A stretch of DNA of 39,050 nucleotides from Salisapilia sapeloensis CBS 127946 (lineage: Eukaryota; Protista; Oomycota): assembly GCA_023334545.1 (NCBI GenBank), contig JAADVB010000178.1, forward strand, positions 1 through 39,050, given 5' to 3'. How positions within the stretch are numbered: the stretch's first letter is position 1; every line of letters starts with the position of its first letter. Shown here piece after piece: positions 9,410 through 20,846 of the stretch. The translations under genes were made by a program, and so were the position numbers. The notes beneath the pieces were generated by a model. The model searched no databases. It was not told where the DNA came from and saw only the letters and a list, made by a program, of their open reading frames with translations.

Positions 9410-10992
9410 TTACATTTGTCCATTGAAATTCGCCTTGTCGCCAACATTTCCCACGACACCCCACTTGGTTGTAATTTTACGCCTCGTGGAAAAGAACTCG
9501 ACGCCACCATCGCCCGTAATGTCCATGTCGCCAAACTTACTCTTCGTGCCGTACATACCACCAAAGCTAAATGGTTCTCTCGGCACGGGAATACCGACGT
9601 TTACACCGATCATACCAGCTCGGAATTGGGTTTGGAAGTACTCGGCACTGGCGCCGCTAGAAGTATAGACACTCGCGGCATTTCCATATTCGTTCGCGTT
9701 CTCAATACGCAGCGCTTCATCCATTGTCGGGACGACATGGACGGATAAGACAGGTCCAAAGATCTCATCTGTCATGGCTGGATCCATCGGGTTCGCATGC
9801 AAAAGGATGGTTGGACCGACCCAATAGCCTTTCTCTTCCTCCGCCCATGAGCGTCCATCCAGTAGTACTTGCGCTCCTGTCGCCTCCGCTTCGTTAATGT
9901 ACCGCAGGATCCGTTCCTTGGATGCTCGATCGATGATCGCACCCACCTGTCCTTTCGCCACACCGCGTTCCAAGGCCTTGGCACGTGCTACGATCATGTC
10001 CAGAAGGTTACCAGTGTCTCCTACTAGAAGCAGGACGGACGCTGCCATGCACCTCTGCCCGGCACACCCCGCAAAGGACGCGACAATGTCCTTGGACGCC
10101 ATGTCGTGGTCGGCGTCTGGAAGCGCGACGAGGTGGTTCTTGGCTCCTCCGAGCGCCAAGACACGCTTATCAAGCGCTCGGCAACGACGAGACACGAGCT
10201 GCGCGACGTGACTCGAGCCGACGAACGTGAGTGCGGAGATGCGAGGGTGGTCGCACAGCGCATTCACGACGTCTGCCTTGCCATTGACCATTTGGAAGAC
10301 GCCAGTGGGAACTCCTGCTTGTAGCAAGAGCTCCGCCACACGGCGCATGGTGAGAGGTACCTAGGTGTTATCAGTATAGAGCTATAAGGAGGAGGGAGAC
10401 GAGAGATACTTTTTCCGAAGGCTTTAAGACAAGACAATTGCCCATTATGAGAGCAATGGGGATGGTCCACATCGGGACCATGATAGGAAAATTAAAGGGA
10501 ACGACACAGGCTACGATGCCAATCGGGTCTCGAACTTCTTGACAAGTAATGCCGCGAGATACTTGTAAAGTTTTGCCTTGTGCGACTTGTGGCAGACTGC
10601 AGGCGTACTCGACTGTCTCGTTGCCTTTCATGACACTTGCCAAGGCTTCGACCTTGTTCTTACCATTTTCCTTAACGACTAGATCGGCGAGTTCATCTAT
10701 ACGAAGCTTAGATCGTGTCGTGGTATCTTTAATAGTAGCAAGTACCGGCGTGTTGGACCATGAGCGCATGGAAACGGAGCATAATGCTCGCACGAGCTTT
10801 GACGGTCTGGTTCTGCCAGTCCATGAGAGCCGCTTCGGCGGTCGTAACGGCGGATTCGACGTCTGCTGCGGCAGATACCGCGACTTGGCCGATGATCTCG
10901 CCATCGATCGGGCTTTCGACTGGAGCGTACTCGCCACTAGTGGGGGGAACGAGTTGTCCCCCGATAAGGTTGTCAAGCATGATGGGTGTCAT
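9410..10992 (-). CDS. ALDH6A1: Methylmalonate/malonate-semialdehyde dehydrogenase (acylating), ALDH6 family, 3 exons
   Basis: VPFNFPIMVPMW, LKPSEK, FVGSS, LGGAKNH, catalytic FAGCAGQRCMA and EIFGP motifs. Two 49-nt introns at 10745-10697 and 10409-10361. Confidence 0.95.
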
Positions 10993-11194
10993 TTTTTGTC
11001 TACTCTAAAAGTTAGATGAGAAGTAGGGAGTCGAGGAAGACGAGTACCTCTTCACAGATTCGCTCATTCTCCAGGTGGTACTCATGGGTACATTTCAGAC
11101 GACATGCATCTTGCTGCAACCTCTTCATGTTGACGTCAACATGTGTCCAAGTATCATTTGACTGATTTAGTGCTTTCGAGGACGAGTACGACCC

Positions 11195-12723
11195 ATGCTG
11201 GTTACATTTTTGGTATTTAGATGTACTTTTAGATGATAAAGGTACTGTATATTGATGTGGTCTAGCGTACGTTGCGAGAGAGATGGCATCAATCGCCACG
11301 ATCGATAATTGTCGTGATCGCATTGCTCGCGACGCTGTCCCCTCCTTTTCGAGCATTTATGCTACGTCTGCATTATCGGATGACTGCTCGGAAACCTAGG
11401 CTTGCGTACAAGGCTAGTAGGCGAAATGAAGAGTTGTTGGAGCAATGCCCGACTTTGTGTATGTCCATCTACAAACCACTAGCTTAACATCGACTTATCA
11501 TGTTCTAGGCTCTCCATACTATGCTCCTTGGTACCTCTTCAATAACGGGTATTTGCTCCATCTAGACACTAGTCGGACAACAATAACCTCATTGCATATA
11601 GACACTTGCATACGGCTATGCTGGCCAAGTTCGATGAGGCTAATGAGGAGCCTGTAATTGCGTATGAACGGCAGTACTTGGACACTCCGGATGGTGGTCT
11701 CGTGGCGCTCGACTGGGCGCTGCATCCTTTTGAGGATGGATCTGTACCAGCTAGATCGCAAGTGGACGCCAGCCGCCCGACTATGCTACTGCTTCCTGGA
11801 CTAACGGGAGGTAGTAGCGAGCGATACATTCGCTGTACAATCCAAGAGCTACACAAACTTGGGTGGCAAGCAGTCGTGTTAAACTCGAGGGCTTGTGAGA
11901 ATACACCACTCCGAACGCCTCAGGTAGGACAAGTCTACGCAGTTATCATCATACTGTACTCAATTTATGTACACAGCTCTTTTCATGCGCTTGGACAGAC
12001 GACCTACGCTTCGTAGCAAGTCACTTGTCCGATACGTATGCATTCGGGAAGGATAATGTCTTTATGGCCGTCGGTTTTTCCATGGGATCGAATGTCTTGG
12101 TCAAGTATCTTGGTGAAGAGAAAGAGAAGACGCCTTTGACTGGTGCCATCTCCGTCGGCAATCCATTCGATCTGGTCAAGTGCAACGCCAACTTCCGTGC
12201 CACACTCTTCAATAGACTCGTGTACGATGCCACGCTTACTGGTAACCTCAAGCGTCTCTTCTTCGAGCAAGTACGTATACACCTGCTAGGTTTCCATACG
12301 ATCGACTCATCACTAGGATAGAGTAATGCGCATGAAGTTTTCCAAGACAGCTCTGTCGTGAATGTCGAAGCGATTCGGAATGCCGAAACGATTGAACAGT
12401 TTGACGATAATCTAACTGCTCCAGTCTTTGGGTATCCTTCTGCCCAAGCATACTATGCCGATGCATCTAGTGTGACTAGACTGGAGAAAGGGAAAATACC
12501 TCTACTGTGCGTAAGCGCTCAGGACGATCCGATTAGTATCCAAGAATCTCTTCCATCATCCTCTGACGTGGAGGCGAATGGGAATGTCATTATGGCAGTC
12601 ACGCATACTGGCGGTCATCTCGGCTTTTACCAAGGTAGCAAGACGAATGGGAGGACGTGCGAGATGTGGATTCCGTCTATCATTGGCGAATATGCCGAAG
12701 CGATTCGAAAGGATAAACAATGA
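11195..12723 (+). CDS. Alpha/beta hydrolase of the ABHD1/2/3 (YheT, Eht1/Eeb1-like) family, about 6 exons
   Basis: NNGHLHT, DGGLVALDW, LLLPGLTGGS, nucleophile GFSMG, Asp in SAQDDPI and His in TGGHLGF. Start inferred from ATG 11195 plus a 53-nt intron. Confidence 0.9.
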
Positions 12724-12794
12724 AGCAATTGATTCAAATCGATTAACGTCTCGATATGACAAGCTCAAGGCACTTTATGATCTTACAGTTATAA

Positions 12795-15068
12795 TTACGA
12801 GTATTTCCTCACTTCTTGGTCACTGTCAAACGCGTCTGCAGCATATTCATCTCCGAGTTCTGGTGCGACGATCGTGAACGAGTCAAAGCTCAATTGACCT
12901 TCTTCATCGTCATCACTCGAATCGCCCGTGTCGTGTCGTCTGAACTTGTTTCTTTGCTCCTTCACGACCGGCACCGCCATCTCTCGTCGACCCTCCATCT
13001 CTTTCCTCGTCTCTTCCTTCTGTTGTTGCACTCTTGTATCTGAATCCACTTGTCGAGCTTTCTTCGGTCGAAAACGTGCCATCAGCTTACTCCAGAACGA
13101 TTCCTTCTCTTGCTTCGACTCCTTGTACTGTGTCTTTACAGCGTCATCATCTCGCGATATGAGAGATGAGTCAGATGAGTTCGATGCACCAGACGATGCG
13201 CGATTACGTGCAAGTGGGAGCTGTAGTTGCGAAGGCAGCACGCTAGAAGCCTCTATGGAGGAAGCAGTGACAGCTACAGGAGTGTCTTCCATCGCATACC
13301 CTTGGGAAGACTGTCGAGCATTAAACGGATGCCAAGGAGATCTTCCCCTCGTCGCTTCATTTTCCTCTGGCAAGGCATCAATGTCTGTATTCTTCGTCTC
13401 GCGACCGATAAGCCACGCGATGACAGTTGCAAGGAGGAGGACACTACCACTAATCGTAAGACTGAGTCCAGACTGCGCCACACTTTCGTCGTGTCCTTTA
13501 CCCGGAGGTGTGAATTGGATGACAAAGAAGACACAGCAAGCGCCGATGAACGTCATGCCGATAGTCCAGGAGATCCCCAGGCCACGTGCAGCGATACGAT
13601 TAAAGTTCTCAGTCATGTATACCATCAAGGCGCCGTAGACGATGACTGCAGTGAAGACATTGACACACATCGTGCCTACGAGACCGTCATGAGTCGATAC
13701 GACATGCAAGGAGCCGAGGATGATATCGAACAAGGACATCGAAAACAAAGCAACGAGCAATGTCGGTTTTCGACCGATGAATTCAACGAGAGCAGCGAGG
13801 ACGATGAAACCAGGGAGAGAACATGCAGTGATGAGCAAGAGCTCCATTCTAGACAGAGGGTTGATCCCGGGCGTTGCGACACTACCGACGGATCCAACGA
13901 TGCCACTCATCGCCATGAGTGCTGTCAGCCACAGCAAGACCGTGGCTTTCGTCTGATCGGCTTCGAAGAGCAGCTGAATGCGTTGGCAAAGTGGTACGAT
14001 GAGAGGTTTCGTGTCCGTGTAGTCTGCTTCTGCCATCTCTGCGATGGGTGGGAGAGTCTCACGTTGCGTCTCGAACGGATGGATGCTATCTCTACTGCTT
14101 TCTTGCGTCGAGTAGCCTTCATGATCGGGTGAATAGGCCGAGACAAAGTGGTCATTTCGATCCGTCTGGTCGTCTCGTCTTGTCGGAGGGTTATACAGAC
14201 TCGTCGGGACTGGCACACGAGCCTGTCGGTCGATCCCGTGAGCTGCTTCGACATCTAGAATCTGTCTCATCGCTTCTTCCGTCCGTCCGACAGCTACGAG
14301 ATACCGAGGGCTTTCACACAAGTTCTTGTAGAGCAGGTATGTGTAGATAGTACCGAGGACTGCTAACGTGGCATTGATACCTCTCCACGTGATAAAGTCA
14401 AGAGCGAACTGGGATAAGAGCGAGACCATGAGCGATGGGGTGCTGAAAGCCAATGTCAGTACGAGAACTCTTCCTCTCATCTGCTTTGGAGCGAACTCAA
14501 CGAGGTACGTTAGGAGAGCACTGACGAGTCCTCCGTACCCAAAGCCTTCACCAGTACGAACAAGAACGACAAAGTAGTAGTCTAGCGAGATGAGAGAGAC
14601 GTAGTAGAGCGTCGTGATGATGCAGACGCTGATGAGCGCACAGGTGCGTCTTCCGATTTGATCTAACGTTGTGCCAAGGACAAAAGCGCCGATGGCCTGT
14701 CCGAGGAAGTAGGACATGACGGCAAACGGGAGTTTCGTTGCGTTCACTTCTTCTAAGTCCATGCCTTGGGTGAGCACCGGCAGCGTGAAGAGGAATGTGA
14801 TGACTGTAAGTATCTGTAGAAACCACGTAAAACCAAGCAAGAGGACGAATCGAGCGTAGAACGGGGTGATGCCGAGCACCCGCCAGCAGCCATTACGATG
14901 TGCTGGTAATCTCGTCGTGGAGACCGTGACGCCGTGCGAAGTCGAGGTTGTCTGTCCCTGACGATAGGGCTGGCTGCCTTGGACGGAGCCAAGGACGTAG
15001 TTCGAGTTCTCATCGTAGATGAGCGCGTCGAGCCGCTGTCGGACGTTCACGACGCCTACATTGCTCAT
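12795..15068 (-). CDS. Major facilitator superfamily transporter (SV2/organic-cation/sugar porter-like), 757 aa
   Basis: Two hydrophobic halves with DQIGRR and EFIGRK loop motifs, EFAPKQMRG and ESPRYL. Long central loop and hydrophilic C-tail. Confidence 0.9.
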   Translation of the reverse strand: MSNVGVVNVRQRLDALIYDENSNYVLGSVQGSQPYRQGQTTSTSHGVTVSTTRLPAHRNGCWRVLGITPFYARFVLLLGFTWFLQILTVITFLFTLPVLTQGMDLEEVNATKLPFAVMSYFLGQAIGAFVLGTTLDQIGRRTCALISVCIITTLYYVSLISLDYYFVVLVRTGEGFGYGGLVSALLTYLVEFAPKQMRGRVLVLTLAFSTPSLMVSLLSQFALDFITWRGINATLAVLGTIYTYLLYKNLCESPRYLVAVGRTEEAMRQILDVEAAHGIDRQARVPVPTSLYNPPTRRDDQTDRNDHFVSAYSPDHEGYSTQESSRDSIHPFETQRETLPPIAEMAEADYTDTKPLIVPLCQRIQLLFEADQTKATVLLWLTALMAMSGIVGSVGSVATPGINPLSRMELLLITACSLPGFIVLAALVEFIGRKPTLLVALFSMSLFDIILGSLHVVSTHDGLVGTMCVNVFTAVIVYGALMVYMTENFNRIAARGLGISWTIGMTFIGACCVFFVIQFTPPGKGHDESVAQSGLSLTISGSVLLLATVIAWLIGRETKNTDIDALPEENEATRGRSPWHPFNARQSSQGYAMEDTPVAVTASSIEASSVLPSQLQLPLARNRASSGASNSSDSSLISRDDDAVKTQYKESKQEKESFWSKLMARFRPKKARQVDSDTRVQQQKEETRKEMEGRREMAVPVVKEQRNKFRRHDTGDSSDDDEEGQLSFDSFTIVAPELGDEYAADAFDSDQEVRKYS

Positions 15069-15882
15069 TCTCGTACGTCTTGTTTATCTGATTGTGTATG
15101 GAGTAAGCAGTTCGATGCCGGCCATCTGGCCATGTTAGTCTCGTGCTCATCGTAATGAGTGTCCTTCCCTTGAGCGAGTACCTCGTAAAGTAAGGTACCG
15201 TGTAAGATTGAAGAAAGGATAACGCAGGATCAAGTGGAACGAGTGAGAAATTGAAGGGTGGTAATCGACAGGAGGTGACAAGTCAGCACGTGCGGTCGGT
15301 AGCGTGACATGTCGTCTTGTCTACAATCTGCATGGCGCACATGGTGGTATGCTTGTAAGTATCTATTGGATCTAGCACTCGTACTCATGTATTTCTATTC
15401 CATCCTACTCGCCACCTACTTGCGTACTTGACTTGATGCCGAAAGACACATGCTTCACTTCCCTATACTCTCCAGGAAAGTTTCCTTCTCTTGAAGATTT
15501 GCCTCCCTGTCTATGATTGGGCACGACTTAATACGTTGCGAACGTACAAAAATCCGGTCGTGCCGTTTCTACAACACGTGACCTCGGTCTGCAGTAGATA
15601 GGAAGCACCTACCGCCATCTCACGCCCGCTATCTACCAAGCAACGTCCATACCGCTCTTATCTTATCTGCAGCATCAACCTAGCTTGCTCGTGCCTAAAA
15701 GTAACGCGGCGAACCCTTGTCCTGTCTTTCTCCCACATTTCGCCCTTTCCCAGCTCCGACCGGATCCTCGTTTCTGTATGGGGTGGCAGCGGTATACAAA
15801 CTCCAAATGTCGTGTCTCTACTGGCTTTCTTTGGCTCTCGCACCGAGTCTCCCACAATCAAAAAAGCGAACACAAGTGCAAG

Positions 15883-16311
15883 ATGTACGCCGCCATTGGG
15901 AACAACTATAGCCCTCGCTACGGCTTCCATAGCCCGACGCACTCGCCGTCCAAGTACCACGACAACTATGCGTCGCCACCGATGAAGACGGGATACCGAT
16001 CGACGTCGTACATTCAGTATTACAACAACCAGAACAACCAGTACTATCACGACTACTACTCGAGCTCATCCACAGCCTCCTCGTCGTCGCAGGAAGGTTA
16101 CTATGGCGATGACACGGACGACTATGACATGTACCACCAGTCAGGGTACTCGGATATGTCAACGGTACCGACCATCCCGACGCCATTGGGATTGTCCAAG
16201 TATGAGCAGAATAAGACACCGTCCGGCCGAGTACTTGTGACGTCTTCCAACCAGACCATTGAGCTCTTCTCATGCGCCGTCAATGCGCCAGTGCACTACG
16301 GATCGCAGTAA
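15883..16311 (+). CDS. Small Tyr/Ser/His-rich hypothetical protein (142 aa)
   Basis: Strong C-ending codon bias (TAC, AAC, GAC, CAC) begins at ATG 15883. The upstream ORF extension lacks this bias. Confidence 0.75.
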   Translation: MYAAIGNNYSPRYGFHSPTHSPSKYHDNYASPPMKTGYRSTSYIQYYNNQNNQYYHDYYSSSSTASSSSQEGYYGDDTDDYDMYHQSGYSDMSTVPTIPTPLGLSKYEQNKTPSGRVLVTSSNQTIELFSCAVNAPVHYGSQ

Positions 16312-16628
16312 GTCTGGCGTGCGCAAGTCGCTTCGTCTGCTGCTGTTTGGACATCCCCTTGCTCTGATTTACCGCATGTCGTTAGGAGACCCTCTGTACC
16401 AGTAGAAAGTATGGAATGTAATGTGTCTTTAATATTCAAGGCAAAGTAGTCGTGTTAGATAATCTCAATATAGTGCATGAGAAGTTCGTACAAGAATGGA
16501 GTCAACGCCGTGATGTGCATGCTGCTGGCTTTTTCCGATATATTACGACCCTGATTGTCAGTCGATTTCAATCGTGCCACTCTTTGTGGCATTTTCACTG
16601 TATAGTTCGCCCATGTGTATCCATTCTG

Positions 16629-16644
16629 TCATTCCGTATTTTGC
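16629..16644 (+). promoter_or_regulatory. INR+FPR of the bZIP gene
   Basis: TCATTCCGTATTTTGC matches the oomycete consensus; the ATG is at 16719. Confidence 0.7.
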
Positions 16645-16718
16645 CAAAAGCGGACTAAGAAAACAAGTGGAAAGTGGGTCAGAATTGATTTAGACGTTTG
16701 CCCATTGCTGCGAGGAGA

Positions 16719-18117
16719 ATGGCGACTTATACGAGTGTCGAAGACTCGGCGTTAGCACAGCTCTTGTTGGAAGGAGAAGATGAAGATACGGTGCAGTACT
16801 TTGCGCCGTTAAAGGACCGCTCGCCATCGACTGGGTCCCTCACGTCGCTCGCGTCATCGGCGTCGACATCCCCGATTTCGACCTCGAGTCCACACGTGTG
16901 GGACGCATCGCGCATGTCTTCATCGCCGCTCACAAAAGGTATGACAGTAGAGGAGCGTAAGCAACATTCGTTGATGCAACGCCGTCTTCGCAATCGCGAG
17001 TCAATGCGCCGCACGCGCCTTCGCAACAAGGTAGCCACTTCCTTCAAGTCATGTTTATACATAATCCTATACGTTTTCTATGTAGGAAAATCTGTCGACG
17101 CTACGTGAGAAAGCAGACAAGCTCGAGAAACAATTCCAGGCCTTGACGTCCTGGGACGATGAACAGGTACCGCCGAACGAGCGTGAGAGTCGTCGACATC
17201 TACAAACGAAATTAGCCAAGCTCGTGCAAGTCCGTCGAGAGCAAATGGCCGAGAATGAAGCGTTGCATCAACTTTTACAGGAAAAACAAAAGACACAACA
17301 AGCGTTTCAGGACGTTCTACGGGAAGAAAAACTCGATTCGAACGTCCGGGAGAAGCTCGCGTTGCTTGAAAACGCGTCGTCGTCATCGCATTCGAAGCCG
17401 CACAAGCAAGATGCGACGTCTGTTCGTATGACACTGTCGCCGATGGAACTCCAGACGATGCTCGAGCGATTCCAATACGATCTTCTCATGTCGAAACACA
17501 ATCAAAAGCTGTCGGAAGAAACGAGCGTGTCGCTCTTTGGATGGCAAACGTATCGACACGTGGATGAGGATCATCAGATGCATTTTGAACTGCGCAAGTC
17601 GTTTCCGCACTTGACGGCATACGAGTTGATGAATCGAGCATGGAAAGATGGGATCGACTTGACGAGTCTACATGAATCCTTATCCCCGCAATTCGAGCGG
17701 CAGGATTACATTCAGCACTTGGACGGTGATGCAGCGGTCTTACTTCGAGATCTCAAATTGCCGGATGAAAAGACGTTGCAACGAACCCATTATCTTCTCT
17801 TTCGTCGACGCACGAATGAAGGTTTTGTGACGGGCATGCAGAGCATTGAAGCAGACGCAGATGGTCCGACGTGGGACGCGGACGGCAATCGGATCGTGAT
17901 CGTAGAGATCTATATCGCGATCGAGTTCCTACAAAGGTACAGTGTGAACCCGCAGACAGGAGAGCTCGAGGGAGAGTATTGCGAACTGCGATGGCATGGA
18001 CGCACGAACTATAAGAGTCCGCAGCATGCGGCAGAGAACGCGGTGAATCTGCTCATGGGTGTGTTGAACTGGGAGAACCACATCGTCGGTCAACGCGTCT
18101 TGCTTGCCGACTGGTGA
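16719..18117 (+). CDS. bZIP transcription factor with a C-terminal START-like domain (oomycete-type), 2 exons
   Basis: Basic region RRLRNRESMRRTR (N-x7-R) is spliced across a 55-nt intron (17031-17085) to zipper ENLSTLREKADKLEKQFQAL. Downstream is GWQTYRH..FELRKSFPHLTAYELMNRAW. Confidence 0.8.
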
Positions 18118-18447
18118 TACTCGACTTTAACATTTATAAAGCGCGTTGGTGTATGTATACTGTGTTAGATCAGATCTAGGTGCAACTATCTGCATCTTCT
18201 TCCTTCGCTTGTATCCTGGCGTACCTTGCTCTTCTTCAGACACATCCCTCCGGCGACAACGGAAGTTCATAAAGGCAACATTGATGATCCATCACGTAAC
18301 GAGGGGATAGATGCTGGTTGCAGTAGGGCTCGGCGAGCATTAACATTGTTGCCAACTCTGGTACTCGTCGCATATCGCCTACAAGCACTGAAACGGCTCC
18401 GATGGAAGTCGTGCAATCGTGCTTGCGTCAGCCGTTGAAGCTGCGTT

Positions 18448-18510
18448 AGCCAATCGCCGGAGAAGTCGATGCTTCCGAATGCGGACGCGAGGAGCCATTT
18501 TCCTTTTTGC
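18448..18510 (+). promoter_or_regulatory. CCAAT box plus INR+FPR-like element of the PDZ-like gene
   Basis: AGCCAATCG at 18448-18456 and CCATTTTCCTTTTTGC at 18495-18510, with the same spacing as the other INR+FPR sites. Confidence 0.55.
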
Positions 18511-18526
18511 CATCCCGATACCTAGT

Positions 18527-18991
18527 ATGCCAGCACCAACGACCGAGCTCATGTGGGACGGACAGTCGCCATTGCCATTCACGCTAAAGAGGAAGCGGAC
18601 GGGCGATATTCTCGTGAATACGCTCAAAGACAAGAGTGCGGAATTGAGCATTGGCAGCGAACTTAAGCTCGTCGGCGGCTTCCCAGTCGCGCAATTGACT
18701 CTGCCAGAAGTGAAAAAGCTCATGCTGTATGCGAGCAAACCTGTGAGTCTCGTCTTTACGACCACGACGGACGTCCGAAAGGATATGGGTGATAACTCGA
18801 GTTTCCTCACGGATATTTCGATGACAGATACGTCCGATGGTGAGAGCCCATCGACTTCGCCGCAACATGCGCATAGTATCAAGCAGGACGAGTCCAAGGC
18901 ACGAAAACACAAGGGGTCGAGATCGAAGGATAAATTACTCAATCGCCCCGTTCGACAACATGCTGCAGCAGACAAGGCAATCGTCTTGTAA
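18527..18991 (+). CDS. Small PDZ-like domain protein (154 aa)
   Basis: LPFTLKRKRTGDILV..LSIGSELKLVGGFPVAQLTLPEVKKLMLYASKPVSLVF resembles the PDZ-like units common in oomycetes. Start chosen from the promoter elements. Confidence 0.6.
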   Translation: MPAPTTELMWDGQSPLPFTLKRKRTGDILVNTLKDKSAELSIGSELKLVGGFPVAQLTLPEVKKLMLYASKPVSLVFTTTTDVRKDMGDNSSFLTDISMTDTSDGESPSTSPQHAHSIKQDESKARKHKGSRSKDKLLNRPVRQHAAADKAIVL

Positions 18992-19085
18992 CTTGCCCTC
19001 CGACTCTCCCTACAACCGAATTGCTTGAACCTTCCACGATGAATTGGACAAAATGTACGATACGTTCTCTTTTCTTTCCTACTCG

Positions 19086-20846
19086 TTACGTAATCACGAT
19101 CGGTCGGGCTAGTCGCGTCGCATAGTAGTCGTAGCTTCGGCCGTGCATGCGCAGCATTTCGTCCATGTCGGAGATTGTAATCCACCCACCACCATCTTCT
19201 TTGCGCACGTTGGCCCACTGGAGCAGACTCCAGCTCTGGCTATTGAGCTTGAGCATACTCGTCAAGTCACTCAGTGCAACGTATCCGTCCTTGTCATCGT
19301 CTAGTTCCTGGAACACGCTTTCTAATGTGGATTGCCATACTTCTGGTGCTTGTCGACGCAGCTTTTGCCAGTCCAGTAATCCTGCGACAAACTCTGGTAA
19401 CGAAATCTGACCGTCATTGTTCACATCCAAGCTAAGAAGTAACCCACACGCTTCGTTCATCGAAACGCGATACCCTTGCTGGAGCAGATACTTGGCTAGA
19501 ATATCGACATTCACCTGCACGTTATTCTGTCTCGACAGATCTGAGAAGAGGACAACGTAATGCCTGATAATATCCATCGGCAATCGATCCGCCATTTGCG
19601 TCAGCAAGTGATTTTGCAGTCTTGTACGCGATCGATGGAGCTGGAGTTTCTGCAACATCGTCCCGTCGACAACAGGTTCCACCGGATGCTCCGTCGGCAA
19701 TTCCAAGTCTCGTGGTCGAGGCACGACCGGCGCTTCCACGGCACGGTGCAAGAGCCACGGATGCTGCAAGGCATCGGCAGCTGTCAACCTCTTCGATGGA
19801 TCTTTCTGGAGCAAATTCTGTGTTAATTCCGCTGCTTCTTTCGAAATATAGGGCCACGGGTCGGCTTCAAAGTCAATGTCGGCCACGAGTATACGTTCAT
19901 CAAGTAACTCTCCATCTGATATGGGGAAACGACCGGTCAGGAGACGATACAAGATGACGCCACAACTCCACATATCAGAAGGAAACGAGTATTGTTGCTG
20001 CAACACTTCTGGGGCTGTGTATAATGGCGTCCCTCGAACGTCATGCAGCATTTCTTTGTCTGGATGCAGGAGGAAAGATGCACCACCAAAGTCAGTGAGT
20101 TTAATAGGAGACTCTTGTCTCTTGTCGGCGAATAAAAAGTTCTCTAGCTTTAAATCAGAGTGCACGATATGGAGGAGATGGCATTGCCACACGACGTGGA
20201 AGATGTCGCTCATGTACAACGCCACGAGCGCTTCGTGATATCTCGTGTCTTGTCGATTAGGTGAATCCGTTAGACGCTGTGCGGCGTCACCGCCGTTACA
20301 GTACTCCATGACGATGTAGACGTTGGTGTCGTCTTCATAAGCGCCAAAGAAGTGCACGACGTTTAATGTGCCGCCGAGCATCGTCATCATCTGACACTCT
20401 TGCTGTAATTGCGAATATAATTCAGACGTGACGATCTTACTCTTTGGCACCACTTTCACTGCCAGTTCTAATTGCGTATGCATCTTCTTGGGAGACACGA
20501 GGTAGACTTGTCCGAAGGAACCTTCTCCGACTTTATCTAAGATAGTAAAATGCGCGTCGAATACGCGTGGTAGTCCAAAGTCGATTTCATGCGCAGGCGT
20601 AAAGTAGGTAGCCGCTTTCACAGCCGCTTGTTGCAAGGCTGGTATGCTGTCTAGTAAACGCATCGCCCCTCGCCATCGTTTGCGGACACTGCCAAATTGG
20701 ATCGGAGCTTCACTTCGGTCAAGTCCTTGCGACCCTCGAGGTTGCGTCGCAGAGGTCGTGGGTAGATTTAGTTGGGACGACGTCGACTGCGATCGTTTCG
20801 TCCACGTCGAGCATTTCGATCGCGGTACGACACGTCTAAAGTACAT
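19086..20846 (-). CDS. Calcium-dependent protein kinase (CDPK)-like, 586 aa, intronless
   Basis: GEGSFG, AVK, HSDLKLEN, DFG and APE motifs, a junction segment, and EF-hand loops DVNNDGQISLPE and DDDKDGYVALSD. Confidence 0.9.
   Translation of the reverse strand: MYFRRVVPRSKCSTWTKRSQSTSSQLNLPTTSATQPRGSQGLDRSEAPIQFGSVRKRWRGAMRLLDSIPALQQAAVKAATYFTPAHEIDFGLPRVFDAHFTILDKVGEGSFGQVYLVSPKKMHTQLELAVKVVPKSKIVTSELYSQLQQECQMMTMLGGTLNVVHFFGAYEDDTNVYIVMEYCNGGDAAQRLTDSPNRQDTRYHEALVALYMSDIFHVVWQCHLLHIVHSDLKLENFLFADKRQESPIKLTDFGGASFLLHPDKEMLHDVRGTPLYTAPEVLQQQYSFPSDMWSCGVILYRLLTGRFPISDGELLDERILVADIDFEADPWPYISKEAAELTQNLLQKDPSKRLTAADALQHPWLLHRAVEAPVVPRPRDLELPTEHPVEPVVDGTMLQKLQLHRSRTRLQNHLLTQMADRLPMDIIRHYVVLFSDLSRQNNVQVNVDILAKYLLQQGYRVSMNEACGLLLSLDVNNDGQISLPEFVAGLLDWQKLRRQAPEVWQSTLESVFQELDDDKDGYVALSDLTSMLKLNSQSWSLLQWANVRKEDGGGWITISDMDEMLRMHGRSYDYYATRLARPIVIT

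Noticed and set aside
12928-14132. 236-aa and 301-aa plus-strand ORFs
   Set aside because: They lie fully antisense to the MFS transporter and have no recognisable motifs or promoter.
15685-15882. N-terminal extension of the 208-aa ORF
   Set aside because: Non-ATG start and no codon bias; treated as promoter or 5' UTR.
18379-19218. 279-aa minus-strand ORF
   Set aside because: It overlaps the CDPK end out of frame and is antisense to the PDZ-like gene, which has promoter support.
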